A DNA stretch of 64,000 nt from Hyphochytrium catenoides (Eukaryota > Protista > Hyphochytriomycota): NCBI GenBank assembly GCA_900088475.1, contig FLMG01004102.1, positions 1-64,000 of the forward strand, read 5' to 3'. Numbering within the stretch: position 1 is the first letter of the stretch; each line of letters opens with the position of its first letter. Below, piece after piece: positions 51,833 to 64,000 of this stretch. A program made the position numbers and the translations under genes. The notes under the pieces are model-generated. The model was not told the origin of the DNA. It saw only the letters and a list, made by a program, of their open reading frames with translations, and made no database searches.

Positions 51833-52641
51833 CGTAAGAGCAATCTACAGAGTTCACCAGCGTTGGGAGACCCGGAATTGAGATTTTGATGTCAGATCTA
51901 TGCGTTAGAACGGGGTAATCCGCGTGGCCAACGCGCTGCACTTCCTACTCGGCCAGTAGCCCTGTGCCGTCAGCCCTCGGCATTCAGCTAAAGAACAGGA
52001 CTTTCCTATTGTCAGTCACCAGCGGTCGGTCGGTGAGAAGCGCCTTGCGCAATGTAGAACTATTGGAGCGTCTCAGCCCGATGCGGCGCTGCTGGTCAAA
52101 GGTCAGGGTTGGTGGCTTCACTTGGACATGAGCTGGGACCTTCGATAAATCTAAAACAAACGCTGAACCTTGGTGCCTTTTCCAACTCTATGTGGGGGTA
52201 ACTCCAACCACTCACTGAGACGGAGCTCCCTCCGCTTCATCCTTCCTTACACTACTATGGTCTGGAGTGAAGCACCTCCTACCCTGTGAGTAGGGCGGTG
52301 AGGCTACCTTTACATCCTGGGGGCGTTCTGAAGTGATGTGTCTTCTCAAAGGCTTCGAAGAGCTCGGATATCGAAGGAAGGCCCAGGGCGGAAGAGGCGA
52401 GGCGGCAGAGATAAGCACAGCTGGCAGCGACACATTCAACCAATATTGGCACCACCGGCAACACACTGTCATTGGCATTAGGTGCTCAATAAGCTCGTTC
52501 TTTGAGAGGACAGCAAGGCTCGCTGTGGATCCTAGAAGTGGGTTTTGGCTCTCATCGGAGACATGGAGGATGGCAGCATCGTCAGTGATCCATCCTCAGT
52601 TTTAATTCGGAAGTGAGACATTATCCTTTCCGGCTTCAAAT

Positions 52642-54133
52642 ATGTCCGCCGCAAAGCGGGAAGCTGTTAGCGATGTGGTGGTTCTGGACTCTGGCTCCTC
52701 TTGTGTTAAGGTTGGCTACAGCGGCGAGGACACACCTCGATCCATCTTCCCAGCTGCCATTGGCGATCCGATAAACAAGCTGGACTTTGCTAAAAAGTTA
52801 GGTGCTGCAGCAAAGGAGAAATATATTGGTGCCCAGGTCTTCACTCACACTGCAGACCTGCACGTGAGCCACCCCATTGAGGTTGGATTTATGAAAAACA
52901 CTATGCGATCACTGGAAACTGCGATCCCCTCACTATACTCTTCTTACGCAGCGAGGCGTTGTCGTTGACTGGGACAAGCTCGAGACGTTATGGGAGCACA
53001 GCTTCGTCGGTGAACTCGGTCTCAATCTCGAGACAGACAACGTGGCGGTAAGGGCACACTTCAGGCATCACAAATCTCCACCCCAATGAGGCTTATTCCA
53101 GCTCCTACTAGGTATTGGCCATAGATACAGCATTGTCGGCGAAAAAGCAGCGCGAAAGAATGGCACAAATAATGTTTGAAAAGTTCAAGGTTCAGGGATT
53201 CAATGTCGCTACGCAGAACGTACTCTCTCTTTTTGCTTCTGGGCGTACTCGAGGGCTAGTGCTCGAATGCGGAGATGGCACAACGTCCGCCGTACCAGTC
53301 TTTGAGGGTAATGTTTGGCCAAGCTCTACGTCGCCTGTATAAGCTTGAGTGTGCTAAGACACCTTGCAGGTTACGCGCTACCACACGCCATTGTGAAGAC
53401 GGAAGTCGCTGGTCAGGATGTCACACGGGCAGTCCAAGATATACTGATGAAAAACGGTGTCAAGGCTGCTGCCAACAACCGGGACATTGCACGACTTGTC
53501 AAGGAAAACGTATGCTCCTTTGATGCTGGGACTACGAAGTCTAAGGTGGGTTGATTGCTTAATACCATACATTCTCTTTCTCACGCAATAAAATTGCAGG
53601 CTGATCGCTCTTTTGAGCTTCCCGATGGCACTGAAATTTCTGTGACTGACGAGTTGCGAAACCGGCCGCCCAGTCTTCTATTCGACGTACCCAAGCGAAA
53701 GGCGGATAATCCATCGCAGTCAGTGGGCCTCACCGTCACAGGTTTGGTGGTGAAGAGCCTATCAAAATGCGACACAGACCTCCAGAAAGATCTCTACAAG
53801 TCCATCCTGCTTGCAGGTGGAACGACCATGCTCAAAGGCAAGTCAGTCCCTGAAATTGAATATGCACGACTTCAAGCCCTAATCTGCTTGGGATCTGTAG
53901 GCTTTCCCAAGAAGGTGCATGCGGAACTTACTCGTTCATTCTCAAGAGAGGTAGAGTTTCAAGTGATTCCTGATGTTCACAAGGGGGAGCGCGGCTACAA
54001 TGCTCAAAGACGTCTTGCGGCATGGATTGGTGGGTCACTCTTCACGTCACTAAGCACTTATCGGCAAATCCAAATAGGGAAACAAGAATGGGAGGAATCT
54101 CATGAAAGTGTGATTCATCGGAAAGCTCTCTAA
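52642..54133 (+). CDS. Divergent actin / actin-related protein
   Basis: VVLDSGSSCVKVGYSGEDTPRSIFP, RERMAQIMFEKF, LSLFASGRTRGLVLECGDG, FELPDG, ILLAGGTTM, AWIGGS, VIHRK. Confidence 0.92.
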
Positions 54134-54971
54134 TGAGCAATGTAGATACGCTCTTTCAGCGCGTTGCTTGTCCTCAACTAAAAAAAAAACTTAGTTGATT
54201 TTGTTCCACATTATGGGACCGTACTCCAGGAGTGCTGGAGTGCTGTTTGTCGACCAACTTCATCTGCATCCTCTTGCCAGCTTGCCAGCCGCCTTGAAGC
54301 TGATGACTCTGAGCTTCCCACGTGCTGCTGCTTCAATGACAGAGGAACTCCTTTGAACCTCGTACAGACTCCACCACTACAGTAGATGTCGCTCCACTGA
54401 CACATTATTCAGCACTTCATGCATACAGATCAAGAATAGGTGGGAGTGCACTATACTGGAAACGGATCTTGTAACGCCCAACCCTCACGAGGGACCATTT
54501 CGCGCAAGGAAGGTGGTATACCTTTTACTGGTCCCCCTGTAGAGGGCTAAATGAGAGGTTAGCTTGATCAATGTGGCTGTGGGGCGGGAAGTCCGAAGCG
54601 ATGGAGCAATGAAGCACGGCAAGGACATGTGGCCTTCTCATGAGCATGAGCACAGGTAGCTTCCTATGGGCTTCGAAGCGGCAGGCAAAGAATGTATTTC
54701 CTCGTTTCCTCGGTGTAGGCCGTTAGCTAAGGCATGCGTCTTTGTCAAGATCTTGGGGTTTCTGGGATTTTGTCAGCCTGCTACAATAGGCCTTCGACCC
54801 CCAACGAGTGAAAGACGCTTTTCCTCCTGGAAAATATCAGCCTCTAGTCACCAGTGTTCTTATGCCGTGCTCGTGTTGACAAGAAGGCTCTATAGCCGTC
54901 CTATTTTGGCTGTATGAAGGGGAACACGCAGCGCGAATGCTAACGACCTACTTAAAACCACATCCTGCACA

Positions 54972-56968
54972 ATGATCCGGAAATCGAGTGTCCTTCCAAA
55001 GGAGGCCCCTACCGGAGGTGATCCCCGATCCTATGGCACTATGATAGATCTTAGCGAGAACGAGGCTTTGCTGCCCACCAAAGTCTCACATTCAGAGGTG
55101 GATACTGACTCGTATTTACACTCACTCATCCTACTGGCTTTGATTAACTATGTGACCTGCGCGGAGTGGAGCCTTGTCATGCCATCCCTATTTGCGTACA
55201 TCAGTGCGTTAGGAGGAAGTCAGGCTTGCTATGGCTTTGTGCTGTGTGGCTTTGAGGCAATGCAGCTTGTCGCCAAGCCATTGGTGGGTTTGTGGGCTGA
55301 CCGCCGCTCCATAGCAGAAGTATACACGATCACGTTACTCCTAGGAGTCGCCGGCAACATTCTGTACAGCCTTGCAGAGAGCCTGGGCCTATGGGCAATA
55401 GTCGCAGGCAGACTTATCGCTGGCCTTGGTGCGGCCAACATGGTTGTCGGGCTTGGGTATTTGACTCGAACCACTACTTCTAAAAATCGAACCAAGTATA
55501 TGGCGAGGATGGGCATCGTCCGTATGGTTGGGATGAGCTCGGGTCCGGTGTTCACGATAATGTTTGAGGGTCTGAGTATCCCTCTGATTGGAGATTATAG
55601 AATTAACTCTATGACAGCACCAGGTAAGCGGCAGCAGCGTTGGCTCAACCCCTTCCATAACTCAACCTTGGCCTAAATTATAAAGTGGGCTTATTAATGA
55701 TGGAACTGTAGGTCTACTCACTGCGGCGATGCTTCTAGCCTGCTGTTTGGCAGCCACTAAGATGAAGGAGCCTCCCGCGATCTCAACAACGCTAGGAGTA
55801 TCACCATCCACCGCGTTGCTAAGTCAGGACTCTGGAAAAAAGTTCATTTGCTTTGACAGGACGCCTACCGTCCAAGCTCTACTCTGGCTTATGACCAAAC
55901 CAGCTTGCCTTCTCTGCATGCTGGTCACCTTCACCGTAAACCTGGTTGTTAGCGTGGCCAACATTATGGTCCCTCCTCTGACCAAGGTAAGGTCAATTGG
56001 CGTTCAAAATCTGGGCTCTTTCTGTCATTGAACACGGTATAACCCATGTTCAATGCTGTAGGGTGCGTTTGACTGGAGCCCGCTCTACAATAGCCTCATC
56101 TTTTCTGCGATGGCCTTCGAAATAATCTTAGGGGCCTTCATCGTTGGTTACATTAGCAACTGGGTTCATGACCGGTACCTTATCCTTGGAGGTCTCTGCT
56201 TCCTTGTGTTTAGCTGCTTAGTCATGGAGCTGACCTTCTACTGGGATATGAAGGTACCTTTTGTATTATGAAGAGGGTCTGAGGTGTTATCACCTTGGGA
56301 GGCTGATTATTTACTCTCTAGGTTGCCCACTTTGTCATTGGGGAGCTACTCCTTAATGCGGCCTTGCCGTTTATCAGCAGTCCCAACATTTCTCTCTTTT
56401 CCAAAGTGACTCAAAGGCATGACCCCGCGAATGTGTCGTTTTACCAAGGCATTCTGGCGATTACAGCCAGCGTAGGTGCTGTCTTGGGCCCCGTATGGGT
56501 AGGGTTCAGTTTGGGTGCGCCAGTTCCACATGGGCCAGCAGGTAAGAGTAGTGGTTTAGACTCAATGTCAGAACGCTAATGGTGATATCCCAATCCCCTT
56601 CAGGCCACCTTACAATTGGTTTAGTTATCTTAGTGGCAGTTGCTAATGTGCTCTGCCTGGCGGCCTTCTTCAAAAGCTTTCAGACGGTTGACTCTGAGCC
56701 GGAGCACCAGCTTGACGAGCTTGAAAAGGAAGAAGTTCTTGCTGCAATAGTACAGGAACAACCCTCTACAGTTCTGCAGCAGCCAGCGGCATTTTTGACC
56801 CCTGGCCAGGAGGAGAACTTTGCCAGATATGGTACTCCTACCCCCACCCTTCTGTTGATGTCCAGAAGCGAGGTTTCCCTCCACTCAGTGGATCTAGAGG
56901 ACGACGTAGGCATAAGTAGCAAGCATGCAGAATGGCCTTCATCGCGGCGAAAGACAAACCCTCAATAG
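54972..56968 (+). CDS. MFS transporter, MFSD8/CLN7-like
   Basis: SLVMPSLFAYI, motif A GLWADRRS, AGRLIAGLG, GMSSGP, TAPG, second half GYISNWVHDR, GAVLGP. N-terminal YGTM and ENEALL sorting-like motifs. Confidence 0.88.
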
Positions 56969-57096
56969 CATATCGACGATAGGAATATGATATACTGATA
57001 TTAGCTGAAGGACCTCATTGGTAAGGTATAAACAACCTACAAGCCGTCACATGGCGCCACTTTCTCTCCTTGAACACCATATATTTCCTAATAATT

Positions 57097-57628
57097 TTAG
57101 CCGAAGGTAATAGAGCTCTTCCCTCCTGGTGGAGCATGCAGACGAGTCGTGGATCTGCCTGTCATTACGTTGCCCGCATTTTGATTTGAACCGGAGGCGT
57201 AGGCGTTCGCCGACACTTGTCGGGGGCCAGTCTCTTGGTGATGGAAGACACCTTGGTCCTGTGGGCGTACAATCGTGGCTGGTGCATGGCTGGGAACGAC
57301 CGTATCCTGTTGCTTTACCGATGAGCGCTTCGCTGAAACGTCGGTGTCAGCAAAATTCCCACCCTGGGGGATAGGGTTGCTGGACTGTGGATATAAACGC
57401 TAATCAGCAAACGAGCATAAGAAGTCACAAGATAAATCATACCGTCTGTGGTGCTGCCGCTCTGCCTCTTCCACTCCTTTGAGAAGCAGTTTTATCATCG
57501 CTACCTTCTCCACCGAAAAGATAGGAGAGCTGTGAGGACCCCCCAGGCTTAGCATGGACCCTAGTGCTAGGCCTGTCACCAATAAAGTTGTCGCAGTTCT
57601 GCGAGGTCTGATATGATGTGCGTGACAT
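57097..57628 (-). CDS. SPIRAL1-like microtubule-associated protein with two SPR1 motifs
   Basis: Exon 1 QNCDNFIGDRPSTRVHAKPGGSSQLSYLFG; exon 2 (not in the ORF track) NAYASGSNQNAGNVMTGRSTTRLHAPPGGKSSITFG*. Confidence 0.85.
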
Positions 57629-58487
57629 TGCGGTAGTGACCTGGATAGAGCTGACCGTGGACTTGATCTTCACTTGTTAGGAGGGCAATTTTGATTGTGA
57701 GGACTCTTAAAACCAGGTTGGACAGGCTTGACTACGGGATCAATGAGGCGGATTCTAACTCCCAGGGTCAGCTCACAGTAGACGATCCGCTTGTGCCGTA
57801 CAACGCAGAAGAAGACCGTAAGGGAAAAAGGCTAGCCTTTGCGGCAAAGGATGGCGATGATGAAGAAGAGGACGATGGGGGGCGGATGGAGCTAGCATTG
57901 CTTGTCGTTGTTGCGCCGCCTCTTATTGCCCGAACCCAAGCGTGCTGTCCTGTGACGCTTTCTTACTACTAGGGCACTGGCGCTTCGGTTGCCCTGGGTT
58001 ATAAACAGGTGGAACAGCGAAGGAGGAAGGGGAAGGGCATTTTCTAAGGAGGAGTATGTTTAGATATAGATCGGGCTATTTAGCTGTTGGCCCCGTCTTT
58101 GGCGGCATAAGACTAGGCCATAAAAGGATTAAGTAGAGGCTACGGTTTTGAATGTTTGTAAGTATAAATATACAGTTTGGAGTCGTATAAAGGCGTTACA
58201 ATACAAAGAGAGATCCGGCCTCTTGGAGCGCTGGACCGACGGCTGGTGAGCTGATAGGCAAGCAGGCCGATGATGCTCCAGATAGATCTTCATACTTATA
58301 CCTGTAGCCCTTTGTAGGCACTTGGAGGTTGGCCCACCCATTTGGGGTCATTTGAACCTGCCGGTCAGGAGTCGTATGCTGCCGTTCTTGGTACAGACGA
58401 GGTCTCTTTCTTTATGACGACTAGCATGTTATCTAAATGGGTTAGCCCTAACAAGTGCATTGATTGAGCCATCTTCTGGCTTTGATT

Positions 58488-61830
<3,343 letters not shown>

Positions 61831-61884
61831 TAGATAGCACGCTGACAGACTTCTTTAGAATAGAATGATCTTTAAGCTTGACTT

Positions 61885-62997
61885 ACCTCAACATCCAAAT
61901 CCGCAACGACGCTGCCTCTGAAGGCGTCGACGGAGTTACTAAGGTTGAACACCTGAAGCAGGACGATACTTTATTAGAAGACACTCCAGGAGGCAAGGAT
62001 TCGCGGAGCCATTCACAAGACGACCAGTCCGGAGATTGACGCANNNNNNNNNNNNNNNNNNNNNNNNNNNNNNNNNNNNNNNNNNNNNNNNNNNNNNNNN
62101 NNNNNNNNNNNNNNNNNNNNNNNNNNNNNNNNNNNNNNNNNNGGGCTTCACTTATGCTGGCCGCCAGGTTTACGGAAGAGGTCCCAACGAGGTCCCCGCC
62201 GGAACCATCAGGGAACATCGCCCACAACCTGAGAATCTTCGAAGCGGTATCAGATAACATGAACTCCGTCTACAGTCTATCCATCTGCCCACATATTGTA
62301 GCTACTTATCCATCAAACTACACGAGAGTTTGCCGTTTGGGCCATCGAGAGATTATAACTTGTTCCCATGCGCTTACCAGTTCAGTGCTATCGCCTTGAT
62401 GGACTTCCGGAAACCGAAGGGATAGACTCTCACCGAAGGGCACCGAACACAGCGGGACCACAGGAGATGACTGACTGCGTTGTGTAACTTTCTGAAGGAA
62501 ATCAAGCTGTTAGCATGAGGAACAAAAGTCGTCGGGCATAAACCTAGGTAAGGAGGCATTGGGTAGGAGGATCATGCCCGATATCTCAACCATATATTCA
62601 AAAAAGTGGTCATGAGAGAGTGACGGCAATAAGCGGCGCTAGAAGCTGTCTTGGAGAGGGGATAGACTAGAGATTTCACAAAGGCAGGTTTGCAGAGCCA
62701 GAACCTCGTTGTCCTTCAGCTCAGGGCCGCACAATTCCTCCACCGGTACAGGAGAATGGTCCATGGACTGCGTCGTTCTCAGCTCGCCCCGACTATCAAA
62801 GGTGGCCTGGACGACACTACTCACAATTAAGGTATGTACTAGCGCGATCATGCGAAAGTATATGGTAAGAATATTGACAGGCGAAGACAGTCCTACGTAG
62901 GTGAACAACATAGAGGAACGAAAGAGCAACTTACTAGTGTCGGTCTGGCCAAAAAACAACTTGCTCTGCTTTGTGAACCGTCATGTTTATTTTTGCG
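61885..62997 (-). CDS. C2-like domain exons, probably the N-terminal extension of the MAPK
   Basis: SAKINMTVHKAE (62997-62935), YVVQATFDSRGELRTTQ, VPFGESLSLRF, ILRLWAMFPDGSGGDLVGTSSVNL and, after the gap, FRGSVVADLDVE. Confidence 0.55.
62044..62142. other. Assembly gap (N run)
   Basis: N run inside the C2-like region. Confidence 0.99.
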
Positions 62998-63063
62998 CTG
63001 GTCGAACAATGTTATTAAGATCCCGTCCTTGATGGACGCACTCGACGCAGACGAAAAGCCTAC

Positions 63064-64000
63064 CTCCTTATAAATGATTGAGTTATTGAGCCCTGGCTGA
63101 ACGGAAGCTTGAGGTTGATAGGAACAGTCTTGCCCGAGAATGCGACAGAAGACGCCACGACATCTCCGAACACTTCAAATCTAGTTACCCGACCTTCATC
63201 TCTGTCAGCCAGTTGAGAGGCATACCAGATAAGTGCAAACAGGGAGAAGGTCAGTGGGACGTTGAGGACCTAAGATATGCTTGTTCATCCCAGAGAACGT
63301 AGCACGGAAGGAAGGGATAAAGCAGAGAGCGAGCACAACAAATTATATTCCTTTCTTGCTGCGGAACAGCCTTTAGTCTCACTTGAATCGCAATTTATGG
63401 ATCCACTTCTGGGTAAACTGGCGGCCGCGGGATCTAACCTAGTGATAGAAGTCGGCGGTCAGGTCAGCCTCATGACAAGAATTGCAGATTGCGAAGGACG
63501 CTAGGTAAGGAAAGGAAGGCATCCGCAACAAGCAAGAAAAGGACGACGGTTATAGCTTACCTCAAAGGTTTCTGTGCCAGAGACGACAGCAATTTTGCCG
63601 TCCAGAGTCATTCCATCCACATGGAAAGAGAGTAGCCTAATGTGCCATAGTGAGATTTAAGGTTGCAGACGAAAGAGGTAACGTAAAGAGGTCGTAGGAA
63701 ACAACAGAGAGCCAACCGTTTGCACGTCATTTTAGGGTAACAAGAGAGACGGAGTCACCTAATTGTGTTCGTAACTCTGGATAGAAACTCTACAAAACCG
63801 GTGTGTCCCTTGTAGTTACCGCTGAAGGGTACCGACGGCAGATAGTTGGAGGTCAGGAATATCTCCTACAGGAAGGATAGGGTGGGAGAGATGTGTTGAG
63901 GTGTCCATGTGCAAAGGTGCAAAGAGTTATATGAGTTACTTCTAAGGGCGGAAAGGGCTATTCGTCTTACCGGATGCAGAACACTGAGGATGGAGCTGAG
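63064..64000 (-). CDS. SnoaL/ketosteroid-isomerase-like (NTF2-fold) domain, five exons; 5' end outside the window
   Basis: Exons 64000-63971, 63865-63759, 63636-63561, 63438-63383 and 63201-63064 join with GT-AG in compatible phase: LSSILSVLHP-EIFLTSNYLPSVPFSGNYKGHTGFVEFLSRVTNTIR-LLSFHVDGMTLDGKIAVVSGTETFE-VRSRGRQFTQKWIHKLRFK-DEGRVTRFEVFGDVV. Confidence 0.8.

Noticed and set aside
52212-52605. Short ORFs between WDR92 and the actin-like gene
   Set aside because: No domain similarity or clear splice structure; treated as promoter/UTR.

Overview
Gene-dense, intron-rich eukaryotic nuclear DNA of roughly 50% GC, with mostly 55-150 nt GT-AG introns, at least four GC-AG introns and two N gaps. It most likely comes from a flagellated stramenopile or other SAR protist (inference from WDR92, an Sfi1-like repeat protein and an apparently mitochondrion-targeted phosphoglycerate mutase). 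The ORF track fragments every gene, so the models here were assembled by hand from splice signals and protein motifs. About 22 protein-coding genes are supported: a Cys-less pentameric ligand-gated ion channel, mitochondrial glutamyl-tRNA synthetase, a METTL21-family methyltransferase, a large C2/ankyrin protein, RecQ1, an Sfi1-repeat/SAM protein, RPS28, NF-YB, dPGM, a CHD3/Mi-2-type remodeler, SFT2, PP2C, BDP1, WDR92, a divergent actin, an MFSD8-like transporter, a SPIRAL1-like protein and an atypical MAPK. I saw no tRNA, rRNA, CRISPR array or intact transposon. Three observations stand out. (1) The MAPK has SEY instead of TEY and DLG instead of DFG, and appears to be spliced in frame to a C2 domain and a SnoaL/NTF2-like pocket domain that the ORF track misses. 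(2) The ion channel has no signal peptide and a basic C-tail, which hints at inverted topology. (3) A perfect Pol III B-box lies in intron 1 of the Pol III factor gene BDP1.
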